In this document: positions 41,801 to 56,010 of the stretch, piece after piece
Numbering within the stretch: position 1 is the first letter of the stretch
Layout of the letters: every line of letters begins with the position of its first letter
DNA from: Vicugna vicugna
Taxonomy: Eukaryota
Assembly (NCBI GenBank): GCA_013265495.1
Contig: MU058463.1
Span: 806,001 to 870,000 of the forward strand
Direction: 5' to 3'
DNA: 64,000 bases
Position numbers and translations under genes: made by a program
Notes under the pieces: model-generated
Databases searched by the model: none
What the model saw: only the letters and a program-made list of their open reading frames with translations
Told to the model about the DNA's origin: nothing

Positions 41801-43455
41801 TTTCAGTCTGTGCTTTGTACATATTTAACTTGCATAATTAGCTTCAGGCATATACTAGCTCCTATCATGTTCCACTTTTGCAAAGAAATAAATTTAATAC
41901 CTTTGTTTTTGTTATGTGATTGTTGAATGTGTCTGGAATACCCACAATGTTTTCTGAATGTCAGGCATTTGCTATCAAAATTTCTGAAAGGTTATTATGT
42001 GTATTTTCTACATAAATAAATGGGTTATGCAAGTTCTAAAGCACCCCTTAATTAAACCTGTACCCTAAACTCCAATTATTTTCTCACATCTTGTTTGGAT
42101 TTTGATTAACATCTATTCTAATCCTACAAAGTAATTTCCAGTCACTGCTAAATTATTATACTATAAATAAGAAATAATCATTTAAACTTCAACCTTCTCT
42201 TTTCAAAGATTATGACAATCAGGTTTGATGGTATTACCACAGAAATGTCAGCTCAATTATTTTTAGAATAATTAGCTTCATTATATACAGAAGGCACACA
42301 GATATAAAATTCAGTTTCTTGATTCTTAAGTAGCTTCAGTAGCAATCAAATCCAAGTTGAAAGAAGCTCACACCTGCTACCTTGATCCTTTGTCACTCTC
42401 CTATGGAAAGATTTACTATTACAGGACCCAATTATTAAGTATGAGCATAGGAATGATTTTTAAACATCCACAGGTATAATCATAAGTTACTGAATTAAAA
42501 TCACCCAACTCTTTTACCTTTCAATTAGAAAATATAGTGCTATAAGGTTGTTTGTGTGGCTGCAGTATTGGAGATACAGAGAGAATGTATTATTTGATCA
42601 GTAAAAAACTTGAGATAGGACTAAGGTGTTCTGACATAATCACTCTTGTTACATCAGTGTATTCATTAAACACATTCATAGAACATAGAATATATCAACT
42701 CAGAACTCTTCTGAGGTAAATGAAAATATTCCTCCAGATTAGAAACTTCAAACTTTGATAAGTCTGTATAATTGTGCAGGTATAGAAAAATTTTTGAAGA
42801 GCAGCCAATAAGTAATACATAGTTTGGGGAGAAAAAGGTTAAGATTAGATTTAATTACTAGAAGGAATGAGGATGGGGATAAAGATAATCATGTACAGAG
42901 TTAGTGGGTTAGGACTTCTCAAGTTTTATACATACATCATTAGTTAGACAAGTAATGCTTCACATCTGAATAAACAATATGAAGATATTCAGTAGTTTTA
43001 AAGGGGCAAATCTAGGTGTATCCTTCCAAAATTATGCTCATACAATTATTATTTTGTGTGAGGAATTAGTTTCTGAGATATTTACATCAAAATAAGACTT
43101 GAAAGGTATTTCTTTTTTTTTTAATGCCTGAAATTGTTGTATAACATTAAATACTTTTCTTTACCCAAGGAAGATTACTAAATATGAGATGCACCTTAAT
43201 TATTTTTTACTTAAAACAAGAAGCATTGTTGCTATGAGCATTGGAAAGATACTTTTCTTCTTATAAACAATTTAAAACTGTAATTTTTTATTTACTGTTC
43301 TAAAACTGGTGAATACATATTGTGTATAAAAAACATGTCTAAACAAATGGATGTAACTTGATACTCAAACCATTACTAACATTAAGATCATTGTGTGATC
43401 CATGCACAGACTGATAGGGTTGCTAAGCTTAAAGGGAGGGCTTTTCTTATAATAG

Positions 43456-44086
43456 TGACTCAGGAAAAACAGATGTGGAGCATGAGGAGGGCCATGTCCC
43501 AGGCTTTAGTTGAGCCCCTGGGATTGCCCCGCCAAGTGTGAGTCCTTGGCTTCACTCAGGAAAGAATTCAAGAGCGAGCCACACTTGAGTAAAGGTAGAT
43601 TTATTGAGAGAGATTTATTGAGAGAAAGGAAAGAGAAAGCCCATGAGGTGTAGGGGTTAGGTGCTCAGATTAAAAGTAGGTACACACTCCATAGACAGAG
43701 TGTAGGCCTTCTCCGAAGAGGGAGAGAGAGAGGCCTGTAGCTGCGAGGCACGTATTGCCAGTTTTTATGGGCTCAGTGGCTTCATATGCTAATAAGTGGA
43801 AAAACCTGTCTAAGTAGCCTGGGGAGGGGGCTGGGAATCCCAGGAAGTTGGCCATTTCCCACTCTGATCTTTTGTGGCTAGCTTTCAGACTGCCATGGTG
43901 CCTGTGGGCACGTTACTCACCATGCTAATATATTACAAAGAGTGTATAATGAAGCTCAAGTTCTGCTAGAAGTTAAATCTCCCACCATCTTGAGCCTCAA
44001 GGCTTACTGGTTGAATCTTTCACCATTTTGATGTTAATTGCTGTAGCACTCCTTGAATGGCTGTGCCCTGCCCGCTTCCTGTCTCA
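43456..44086 (-). mobile_element. ERV1-class solo LTR, relatively young
   Basis: TG...CA ends with perfect 4-bp TSD ATAG (43452-43455, 44087-44090); 'ggaaagaattcaagagcgagcc' and antisense AATAAA; GC-richer than flanks. Confidence 0.85.
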
Positions 44087-45789
44087 ATAGAACTGACGGA
44101 GAAAATTGCCACCTTGGACCTCCTTTCATTCAAGGGAAACCAAGTTTCCCACTAAACAATTTGGAAAGTGTATTGGTGTAGCTTTTCAGATTTCTATTGT
44201 GAGGAGCTACTTGAACCATCTGATGAAGCTTGGTAGTAAAGGATATTTTCTAGACATTGCAAACAATCAGGTATTTAATGAAGGAGATCACTAGGGAAAT
44301 AAAAAGAAGAGCCAATATGAATGATTAGAGAAGACTATAAACCCAGTTTCTGAGTTCACAGGGCAGCGAGTCAAGAATTTTAGATGGTGGGCTCAAGGCA
44401 TCTTTAGATGGTACAGTGAAGAAGACAGTGGCAATCTGATTAATTCCCCAGTTTGCAATATTGTGTTTTTGGTGATGGCATAGAATAGATATCACAGATG
44501 TTTTGAGACAGTGGTAATAATGGCACAACTTTTTTGTGAAACTATAGTGTTAAGGAATATAGAGAAAATGCTGTCTGTACAGAGTAAGCACTATATCAAG
44601 TGTTAGTTATATTCTTTTGTGAATGATTCAGTATTATCTTATTTATATTATTATATAAACTAAAGAGTAGACAACATAATCACAAAACATAAAATGATCT
44701 ATGACATAAAAGAACATTCTTCCTTAAACTTCCAATTTAAATAGAGAGTCCAAAACATGATATTCTGGCTTCTAAACTTTTTCTGAAAGTTGAAATTTCT
44801 TAAGTAGTAGAAACATAGTTTTACCTGTCATAAAGGCTTGCATATAAGAAAAGAATTTATGATCTCCCTTAGATAGGGTACCAGTGTATAAACAGCATGG
44901 AGCTGTACACTCTTCTCCTCTGCTACTGCTGTAGTTTCTCCATTCTTCCAGGAGTGAGCATAATCAGAGTAGAAAATTTAGTCCATGTAAACTAGGGTAA
45001 AATGTTAATTATTTTATTCAATCTTCATTAACTTAAATGGCATGGTGAATGCTTAGAATATTAACTAAAAACAAAAAGATTATGTGGTAAAGTTAAAAAG
45101 CGTTGAGAAACTTACTGGAGGCCTGGTAATGGATGCTTTTCCTTAAAGTGAATTTCAGAATAAAATATAAATCATTGGATTCCATCTAAAGTAGTTTGGT
45201 TACAGATGCAATGAGGTCCTTTTGTAAGATAACTTCACCTCCAAGTCTCAGTGCCTGTATTCCAAAAGACATTACATAATCAAGTTCAGGGTAGATTTAT
45301 ATATTATATAGCAATTCTCTGAAATATGCCTCCAGCTCCCTAAGCATATTTATGATGTTTATGAGATCAGTGCATGAGCCTAAAAGCAGCAGGATGAATC
45401 AGTGCTTACAGACATCACACATATTTCTCACGAAAGGGCAAGGGACATGAAGATTAACACAGACTGGCCTCACTAAAAGGATACCTGATACTTTTCAAGG
45501 CACTTTGGAATTTTTCTCAGCAGCTGACTGTCAACATTTTTCAACCTCTAAATTGACAACAGTTTGGCTCCCAAGCCATCAAGCTTAGTCTAAAGCCAGT
45601 AACTACCACGCATCACCAGTCCCATGCACTCTATGAGGGGGCCTTACTGAATGTAAGCAGCTAATATCACTCCTCTCTTTATCCAGATAAATTAACAATT
45701 GTTTTAAAAGCTTTCATGTTAAAAGTGCTGACATTGATCAGAGGGATGCTTAGGAAGAAATTAATTGATATATTTCTCTCACAGTTTTC

Positions 45790-47247
45790 TTTTTTAAACT
45801 TTATTTATTCATTTTTATTGAAGTATAGTCAGTTTACAATGTTGTGTTAATTTCTGGTGTACAGCTTAGTGATTAAGTTTTATATATATTCTTTTTCATT
45901 TTAGGCTATTACAAGGTATTGAATACAGTTCCCTGTGCTATATGGTAGGACCTTGTGGTTTATCTATTTTATAAAGAGTAGTATCAGCAAATTTCGAACT
46001 CCTAGTTTATCTGCTCACTTTTTCCCCTGGTAACCACAAGTTTGTTTTCTATGTCTGTGAGTCTGTTTCTGTTTTGTAAATCAGTTCATTTGTCTTATTT
46101 TTTTTAGATTCCACGTATAAGTCATATCATATGGAATTTTCCTTTCTCTTTCTGGCTTATTTCACTTAGAACGACGATCTCCAGGTTCATATGTGTTGCT
46201 GCAAATGGCATTGTTTCATTCTTTTTTGTGGCTGAGTAATATTCCATGGTATATATGTACCACATTTTCTTTATCCAGTCATCTGTCAGTGGATGTTTAG
46301 GTTGCTCCCCTGCCTTGGCTATTGTAAATAGTGCTGCTATGAACATTGGGGGCGCATGTCTCTTTTCAAAGTAAAATTCCCTCCAGGAATGGGACTGATA
46401 ATATGGTAAGTCTATTATTTAGTTTTTTGAGGAATCTTCATTCTGTTTTCCATAATGGCTGCACCAAACTACATTCCCACCAACAGTGTAGGAGGGTTCC
46501 CTTTTCTCCACACCCTCTCCAGCATTTATTGTTTGTAGACTTTTTAATAATGGCCATTCTGACCAGTGTGAAGTGATACTTTGTTTTAGTTTTGATTTGC
46601 ATTTCTCAAATAGTTAGTGATATTGAGCATTTTGTCATGTGTCTGGTAGCCATTGGAGAAATGCTTGTCTTCTGCCTATTTTTTGATTGGGTTGTTTATT
46701 TTTTTGTTATTGAGTTGTATGAGCTGTTTGTATATTCCAGAAATTAAGCCCTTGTCAGTTGCATCAGTTGCAAATATTTCCCCCATTTGTAGGTAGGGGT
46801 TGTCTTTTTCTATTGTTTATAGTTTCCTTTGCTGTGCAAAAACTTCTAAATTTAATTCAGTCCCATTTGTTTGTTTTTGCTTTTATATCTGTTGCCTTGG
46901 TAGAGTGCCCTAGGAGAACATTGGGAAGATTTATGTCAGAGAATGTTTTGAGCTGCAATAATCAATCATTTTGTTGGCACAAAAACAGACATACAGATCA
47001 ATGGATCAGAATAGAGAGCCCAGAAATAAACCCACATACCTACGGTCAATTAATCTTCACAAAAGAGGCAAGAATATACAATGGGGGAAAGATAGCCTCT
47101 TCTGCAACTAGTGTCGGCTAAGTTGGACAGCCACATGTAAATCAATGAAGTTAGAACACTCCCTCACACCATACACATGAATAAAGTCAAAATGGATTAA
47201 AGACTTCAACATAACACAAGACACTATGGACCTCCTAGAAGAAAACA
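45790..47247 (-). mobile_element. L1 with 5' inversion (twin priming)
   Basis: 45790-~46950 is antisense L1 3' end and ORF2 C-terminus (ORF 46122..46346 [11 protein letters not shown]...); ~46951-47247 is the adjacent ORF2 piece in sense ([20 protein letters not shown]); 13-bp TSD at 45777-45789 / 47248-47260. Confidence 0.92.
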
Positions 47248-48955
47248 TCTTGCAGTTTTCCTTTAGTTGAGAATGTCCCAAATTTATCTAATGATAAGAA
47301 TCACAAGGGGTATTTATTTATAAAAATAATAATAAATATGAAATACTAAAACAGATATCTGACCCCTTCCTCTGTTAGTATAATTCATTACATCTGGGGT
47401 TCACCAAGGAACCTGTCTTTTTACCAAGACACTTTGAGAAACACAACACAGTTGAAAAGCCTGGCAAAACACCTTAGGATATGGCATATATTGTGTAACA
47501 GATATTAAATATAGTTTAGCAATAGACAACAGAGTATCAGATCATGGGGATAAAAGTGTGAAAGGAATGTAAGAGAAGAAGAAAATGTATTTGAAAATAA
47601 TGTAAGTCAAAATCTGGAAAAAATAACCTCAAAGATCTATAAATTATGATTTGTTGTCAAAGAAAATTTATGATATTATAACCATATACATCACTTAACA
47701 TTTGAGGATTCTCTTCCTATATTGTAAAGTCTACCCTTCCCATTGCCGACTTAAAGATCTAGAACTTACTTCCTAACTATGTGTTAGATCTGGGATTATC
47801 TATTATACTCACTCAGTTAGTGCCCTCTCCACTCATATCTTGAAAACCATTATGCACGTGTAGCAGAATCACAAATTTTATCTCATATTACAAGTTTTAT
47901 ATATAGAAATTGTAACTGTTACTGAGCTACACGAAGCTTTTTCATGAACACACGTTCCAACATACACACAACATCTGGTTTAAAATTCAGTCTTGTTCTA
48001 TCTTTCACACATGAATTTGTGTTCCTCTTGGGTAAAATTGATCAGTCTGGCAACTTTTTATGACTGCTGCTTCTTCATTTAAGAATATGCCTGCATATTT
48101 AGAAGAAGTAATGTGGAACGATTTTAGGCACCAAGAATTCTGTCATCTGGGATGCTGTTTTAACCACACTAAAACTACTTGTTCTCTGAATCCCTCTTGC
48201 CTGGAACATTAGCACATGGTTCTCTCTGCTCCCTTGCTGACTGGCCATCCCTTGCTCCTGTGAATGCTATGTGCCTCTGTGGGGTCTGGATACCCTTTTG
48301 GAATGGCTCTGGCAGTCCACTCTGCAGAGACATGACAGCACACACATTTCTAGCTTTCCTAAGGCAAACTCCCTGTGCAGATTCCCAGAAATATCTGGAT
48401 CCAGCCATCATACAGAAGTAAAGGCAGATATAAAACCTCAGAGACTTCCCTTTGCCTTAACATGTTTCACCATCAGATGGACTTTGCTATGACCCAAACT
48501 CAAATTAGCATGGAATAGCCAGCACAGCAGCCTCTCTGCAGAGCCCAGTGTAAGCCACAGAGCCCTAGTCTACCCCCAGTGATAACCTCACTTACTAAAG
48601 CACTTCCACATCAGTTGGTCAAATCTCAAGAAGAGGAACATCTTTCCCATTGATTGCTTTGCCCTCCTTCCCATGATCCTCTGTGCTCCCAAAATATGAG
48701 AGTTTTTCTTTCAGATCTCCTATTTCTTATACATCTTTGATGTAACATATGAAGAACTGTCATAGATGTAAGAGATTTTTCTCCAGGATGCAGGAACACT
48801 ATGAAATAAGCCCTCCTGTTTCGAACCTTGATTTACTTGAATGGAGAAAAACAATCTGGAAGATGAAAAAATGAACTATTTACTAAATACTAAATGCTAA
48901 TATCCTGCTCTGTAAGCCCATTTTACATACCAGAAGAGTGTTATCTTAGACTTAC

Positions 48956-49598
48956 CTTTCATTTCCTTTTGAAGCCAATGCTAATTTCCATACAGTCATA
49001 TAAATATCCTTAGCAAATTCGTGTGTATATTCTGTGCTTAAAAAGGCAACAAATAAAAGCATATTAGTCATTTTCAAAATATTATCACCAATAAAACACA
49101 AGTATATTAATCTATTTATTTGACAAAGATAACAAAAATGTACGTGACTCATGAAACCTGATAATCACCACCTCCCTCTTCAAGCTGCAACATTCTTGTG
49201 AAGGCAGTTGCTTCCCATGGAAGCAATTACTTAAATAAAAGATCTTTTTTCTCATTACAGCCTTTTTGATACTCAAGCTCCAATATGCTTTCATCTTAGC
49301 CAACTTTTCAGCTGTTGTTTATATCTGTGCTTTCATTCATTACCCTCTCCTTCATTCAGAGATAAAGAACAATTTGGTTGCATTCTTTCTCTGTTACATT
49401 CATACAGTTTCCTTCTCCCATCAATTACTCCAGAAAGTCAACTCCAGTTCCTCTTTCCATTTCCTTTCTTTGTTTCCATTAAGAACTCAAATAATGTCTC
49501 CCCAGTCCTTCAAATTCCATTTCTTTCCAGAATGTATCTACATACCACTCAGTTAATTTTGTGAAGACATACTTGTTACTTTTTGTATGATAAAATGT
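48956..49598 (-). pseudogene. Candidate decayed exon with C-type-lectin-like remnants
   Basis: Strong donor AAG|GTAAGT (48955-48950); pyrimidine-rich acceptor CCTTTTCTCTCCAAG; fragments HSGKKWNLKDW (49502-49534), WKEELELTFWSN, GEGNC, LLPWEA../QECC. Confidence 0.45.
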
Positions 49599-50314
49599 CT
49601 TGGAGAGAAAAGGAAATCTCTAAATTGGAAACCTTTTTATAGAATATGTGGGAAATAGGCTAATATTACTGCCATTCTTGCCTCAGATTTCTAAAAATGA
49701 ACAGCTTAGTAAAACAAACGTGTTTGAAAAAGTATACTTTATGATATTTATTCTAACAGGTATCTATAAAAGTTGAAATAATTTTATATTTAAAAACTCA
49801 TAGCCTGTTTAGGTGAGTTTTAAATGTTACTATAACCTTGATTTCTCTGCTTTATTTGATAAACATAGTTCTGAATATTTAAAAACTTGTAATTTAAAGT
49901 AATGAGAAAACAACTGTTTACTTGTTATTCATCAGTCTTACAAATAGCTGTTTCTATCTTAAATGCCACTGGAATAATTCACATAATTGCAGATGACTTG
50001 GAATGCCATGTTGCAGTAACATCATTCCTAGTATAAAATGATCAAATTCTGCATGACAAGTTTAAAAGGATTGTTCATTTCAACTGAGCAAAAATAGGTA
50101 TTTTTTATCTTTATTTATGAAAAATAAGAATGTCATTACAAAATTTTAGAGTCAGAGCAATAAAACAATTTAATGTGCTGTAAAAATTGTCATCTATATT
50201 TTCATATATTTAGCTCAAGTTGATTGCTTCTGAGGAATACTTTTATATTTTTCATACAGCTTGATTGAGTTCATCATTTTTCCCCCTGGTTACGTAATGC
50301 ATTATTTACATTAC

Positions 50315-50673
50315 CCTAGACCATTTTGCTTTCACTTTAAAATCACTCCACAAGTCTTTTAATTTGTTTGGTCTTCTCAAAGCTTTGCAGAACAGACTTA
50401 GGGTCTAAAAAAGAGACAATAGCAATTCCCCTTCAGGGCTTTTGCATTGACTAAAAGAGCAGCAATCAAACTTATCAACTGGAAACAGTCTTTGGCCTCA
50501 AGCAAACAGACCAGGTCATTTACTACTTTTAAAGAGTCTTACTGGAGCATTCCAGCTCCCCTGCAAAGAAATCTCTACCCTAGAACAATACAAGAGTGTT
50601 GAATTCCGACTAGAGTGTTGTTCATCCTAACCAGGACCTCAGTTGGGATGTTAAGTGCCAAGCATTATTGGAA
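50315..50673 (-). pseudogene. Candidate decayed exon
   Basis: Acceptor TTTCTTTAG (AG at 50675-50674), donor AGG|GTAATG; non-repeat Cys-containing fragments (CLALNIPTEVLVRMNNTLVGIQHSCIVLG); no diagnostic motif. Confidence 0.3.
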
Positions 50674-52799
50674 CTAAAGAAATAGCTAGTATTTTATAGG
50701 CGATTTATGATAAACCTGTCCATTGAAAATAATTCTGCAACTGAAAAGCCAGAATCTTTCTATTTGTGATATATTTTTAATTACAATATATAGAAGGAGC
50801 TTCTTTGGAATTATACCCATTTTTTAATTCAATACATATCTTGTAAATGGATATTGGAATAATGTGGGGACAAGGTATTAAATTCATTTCTCTGTCAGTT
50901 TAGCCAACTTTCTTTAAAAATCATTCTTGATGTAATTGACAGAAAGGAAAATAGTTATAAACAAGGGCTTAAAGAAAGCCCATGAAGTCCCTGATAGCCT
51001 AGAGAGAGGGAAACAAAAATACAAGAGTAAGTACGGCCAAAAAGGGGAAAGGAAGCCATACTCTTCAATCATTGTGTTTAAAGGAATAGATGCAAAATAA
51101 AGGAGTCCTGCTAATACAAATACATAATACAAATCCTAAGAAAATAAAGAAGGGAACATATATGTCTTTTCCTTTCTGTACAAAAGGGATTTCCACCTTA
51201 AAGATGAAGAAATCATTCTTGAACAAGCATAGTATAGCTCAGAGAGGCTTGGATAAACTGGTCATAGGGCATGTTGTCATGTCCAGCATTGTTTTCAGGA
51301 GAAAAGCATGTGTTCATATTTTCAACAAGAATTTCACAAGGTGATATTTGTAAAAAAAATTAGGTCATAAAATGGAGTTATCTATATTTAAGGCAAAGTT
51401 GTGACTTTGCTAACTTTCTAATACAAACTTAGGCAAGTCAATTCATCTTTCTAATTTTCAGTTTCCTCATAGATGAATTGAGGCAGCTGAACTGGGATGA
51501 AAGATTTTTATGATTTTCAATTCCATCAATGATTATCGCTGTTTCAATAAATAATACTGTCTTATGTGTACTTCAATGACAGCATATAGCATTCTTCTAA
51601 GTAACAGAAGATTGAAATATACAGAAGTGACTCCTCAGAAGTTGTATATCTCTTAAATATTAAAAATTTTAAAAAGAAGTAGCAACAGAGCTGTAAACAG
51701 TTCCAAATCTGAAGGTGTACACCTAAGTTACATGCATACATACCTTCTCTCTTCCATAATTTAATTTAATTAGTCACTTAATTCGTTCATGAAAAAGTAA
51801 TTAAAGTTTTCTTGGGCACATTTTGTCTCATAAATCTGAAAATAAATCAGTACCACTTAATATTTGCTTTTTTGCTTTTATTGCCATGATTTTGTACTTT
51901 GAAGTTACTGTTAAAATTTTTAGACATCTGTGATCAGAAAATATTATTTTCAGATGTAAATTAGAAAATATCCATTGAGATTTCTCTAAAAGCAACACTG
52001 TAATTTCAACCTTTTCCCTAAGGGAATTTAGTTTTGAAGTGTCCCTGTTTCTTTTTTATCATTTCCAGTCTCTTTCTTTGTTTCCATCCTCTGGGTTTCA
52101 GAGTTTCTTTTTGATATTTCCAATGAAGACTGAAGTTTGCTGGGGTTTTTTTTAATGCCCATATAAAAGATTTTTTTGGAACAATGCCATTTTCCTAACC
52201 CAGAAAGCTGTTGCTGTGAGTAGGCTTGCTCTTAGATAACTCCTTCTGTAGCACTGTTCATGATTAATTAGCATTTCTAAAGAAGTAAATGACTACCTTG
52301 TTTTTCACTTTCTTTGCAAAATGTTTGACATATTGTGAATGTTTGATTTTGCTGTATTCTCTTAATATATGCTAATACATGCTTACAATGTAATAGAATA
52401 GCATAGTGATTAAGCAGGTATAAGAATCTCAGTGCAGTGATTAAATGCTTTTCTTCTTTAATAGTATAGTGACATAGTAGCTTGTCTGTTGTTGATAATG
52501 ATATCATAACCATAATCTAAAAATGGAAAGGAAATTGATTAGGTTTTCCCCTTGACATTCTTCTATATCTTAATCTCCAGGAGGGTGTTTAGATATACTG
52601 AAATATATATATATATATAGATATATATATTCTTAGAAAATGTGACTATATTAGATTTAAGTTCAATGAACACAGAAATTTCTCCTTGTTCACTGCCAAA
52701 TCTCCAATTCCTGGAAGAAAATTACTTTATAATTTAGAGATATAAGGACTATTTTTTTTATCTACTTTCACCTTTACATAAAATAAATACTGACTTTAA

Positions 52800-54550
52800 A
52801 AAGAAACAACCCACAAAAATATAGTCAACTGATCTTTGACAGGGGAGCAAAAGCAATACAATGGAGCAAAGATAGTCTTTTTCAACAAATAGTGCTGGAA
52901 AAATTAGACACCCAAGAGAAAAAATAAATGAATCTAGACACAGTCCTTAAACATTTAACAAAATTAACTCAAAATAGATCACAGACCTAACTATCAAATG
53001 CAAAACTATAAAACTCGAAGATAAAGTAGTAGAAAATCTAGATGGCCTTGGGGGTAAAGAGGACTTTTAATTTTTATTTTTTTAAACAACTTTATTGTGG
53101 TATAATTCCTGTACAGTAAATACATATTTCAGATGTACAACTTGATGAATTTTGATAGATATATACATCTATGAAACCACAACCACAATCAAGCTACTTA
53201 ACATTTCCATCATTCCCCAAGAAGTGCAAATTTCAAAGTCCCAATTTATCCCTTCCACTCCCTTTACCCCCTGGTAACCATAAGTTTGTTCTCTATGTCT
53301 GTAAGTCTGTTTCTGTTTTATAAATAAGTTTGTTTATGTCTTTTAAAAAAGGAATTTTTAGATACAACATTAAAATCATGATCTGTGAAAGAAATATTTG
53401 ATGAGCTTGATTTATTTCTTTAAAATTAAAAACTTCTACTCTTGGAAAGACACTGTCAAGAGAATGGCAAGACAACCCACAGACTGGGAGAAAATATTTG
53501 CAGAAAACATGTGTAATAGATTGTTATCCAAAATACACAAAGAGCTCTTAAAGTTCTATAATAAAATGAAAAACCCAATTTAAAAATGGGCAAAAGATCT
53601 GTACAGACACCTTGGTAAAAATATGTATATATAGATGGTGAGTAAATATGTAAAAATATGCCCTATATCATATAACATTAGGGTAACGCAATTTAAAATA
53701 AGAATGAGATACCCTCACATACCTATTGGAATGTCCAAAATCCAAAACACTGACTACACCAAGTTCATTGCTGATAAGAATGCAAAATTGAATAGCCACC
53801 TTGGAAGACATTTTGGCCATTTCTTACAAAGCTGAACACAGTCTTACCATGTGATCCAGCAATCATACTCCCTAGTGTTTACCAAAATGAGTTGAAAACT
53901 GATGTCCACGTGAAAACCTGCACATGGACATTTTAGCAGCTTTATTCAAAACTGCCAAAAGTTGTGAGCAATCAAGATGTCTTTCAGCAAGTGAATGGAT
54001 AAACTGTGGTACATCCAGACCAAGAAAGATTATTCAGAGTTAAGAAGAAGTGAGCTAACAAGCCATGAAAAGACAGTGAAGAACTTTAAATGCTTATTAC
54101 TAAGTGAGAGAAGCCAATCTGAAAAGGCTACATGCTGTGTAATTCTGACTATCTAGCATCATGGAAAAGCAAAATAATAGAGAAAGTAAAGATCAGTGTT
54201 TGTCAGGGCTTGAGGGGTGTGGAAGGAATGAATAAGTGGAGCACAGAGAATTTTAGAGCAGTGAAACCATTCTGTATGATACTAAAATGTGAATATGTGT
54301 CATACAATTGTCTAAAACCATAGAATGTATAACACAAACACTGATCTGTAATTTAAACTATGGATTTTGGATAATGATGTGTCAATGTAGGCTCATTGAT
54401 TTCAACAAATACACTACTCTGATGCCAGATTTTGATAGTGGGAGAGGCTAGGCATGTAGAGTGGCAGGGGCTATATGGGAAATTGCTATACTTTTTGTCC
54501 AGTCTTGCTGTGAACCTAAAACTGCTCTAAAAGTAGTCTATTTAAAAGAA
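52800..54550 (+). mobile_element. L1 (L1MB-like) ORF2 C-terminus and 3'UTR, interrupted at ~53070-53350 by an antisense L1 3' end
   Basis: ORF 53398..53583 KDTVKRMARQPTDWEKIFA; 3'UTR ends 'gctgtgaacctaaaactgctctaaaagtagtctatttaaaa'; insert bounded by GGACTTTT/GGAATTTT. Confidence 0.9.
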
Positions 54551-55554
54551 AGCTGAATATGTTAGAGCTTAATATTTTTGTAAGCCAGTCCTCACATTTT
54601 AGAGGAAGGGAAACCAACCACAGGTGATTTGCCCAAAGGTAGACAGGTAATTAAACACAAAATCTTGAAGAGAAATTTGATTCCCTGTTGACTCCCTCCT
54701 TGCCCTATTCTCCAACTAAATATTGAGGCACAGCTTTTGTTAAACATCTTTCCTATACTATGTAAATTCTGTTGCCCTTTTAGGTCAGTCATTTCTCCAT
54801 GCTTCTTGTATACCTTCCAAGATAATACTATCCAACACTGATTTCTGTGATTCCTGATCACCGTAGAATTTGAAAATTATACAGTTCTGGAAATAAATTT
54901 ATTTTAAGTTCATATTTATGTTATGCAATCTTTTAATTCTGTAACATTTGGGATGCTATAAACTCCTCCCAAAATAAGTAAACATTTTTAAAGGATGCTT
55001 CATAGCATATATGTATTCTATCCATTTGAAATCTAGTCTAATGTTATGAATATGATGTGGATTTAAGAGATATTTATATAATCTGGAGAACTCTATGAAA
55101 TGGACCTTTACTAACAGGAATTATTTATTGCTGAATTGAATAATAGGCTGACATCATGATTTATCATTCAGCAAAAAATAAAAATAAATAAACTACTTAT
55201 TAAATCCAGTGTTTGGAATTAAGTATTGGGTTCTGTGTCCCACGTCTAAAATAGAAAAAAAAAATACTTTTTTAATCATACAATATTTTCTTTCTTTATG
55301 TAGGGTAAATGAAATTGATATTTATTTTTGTTTTCACATCACTGAAAAAATGACTTACTAGAATCTCCTAAATATTTGTACTGAAGAGATGGACAACCAA
55401 AAATACAATAGTGTAAAATATCTAAAACTGAATATATTATCTAAAAGAGTCTTTTAGTCTATACATACACTCAACACTTACTTGAATTGGATTTTTATTA
55501 TCCACCCTGCTAGAAAATTCTATACCTGTGCAAGAAAAAGTAAGTTATTTTTCA

Positions 55555-56010
55555 TCTTTTTATTTGGAAATGCATTGAGACTTACAAAAAAGGTGTAAAA
55601 CCAATGTACAGAATTCCCAAATACCCTTCATCTAGCTTGCTCTAATGTTAACATTTTACATACCCATGGTACAAATATCAAACCAGGTAATCAGCATTGC
55701 TATAGTACTATTAACTTAGCTTTAGACCTTACACAGATTTCACCAAGTTCCCAATTCATGTACTTTTTCTGGACTAGGATCCAGTGAATTTATTTGTCAT
55801 GCTTCCTCAGTCTCTGCTCACCTTTTATAGACAAATTATCTTTTAAAGACTGTTTCTTGGTCGTTCCTTTTACAAGCTTCATATTTTTCTTTGACTCGTT
55901 AGTTATATTGGAGACTTTTCCTTAATTTGGGTTTGCCCAATGGTTTCTCATAACTGTATTGACATTATATATTTGGTGTAAGAATAATCATGTCCTTTGT
56001 GTCCATCACT
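55555..56010 (-). mobile_element. Old L1 (L1MC/MD-like) 3' end
   Basis: 'cagaattcccaaatacccttcatctagc...aatgttaacattttacatacccatggtaca' antisense L1 3'UTR. Confidence 0.65.

Noticed and set aside
48175..48492. ORFs including 'YFWESAQGVC', superficially lectin-like
   Set aside because: The surrounding GC-richer block looks like an old LTR, has no convincing splice sites, and has overlapping ORFs on both strands; treated as chance.
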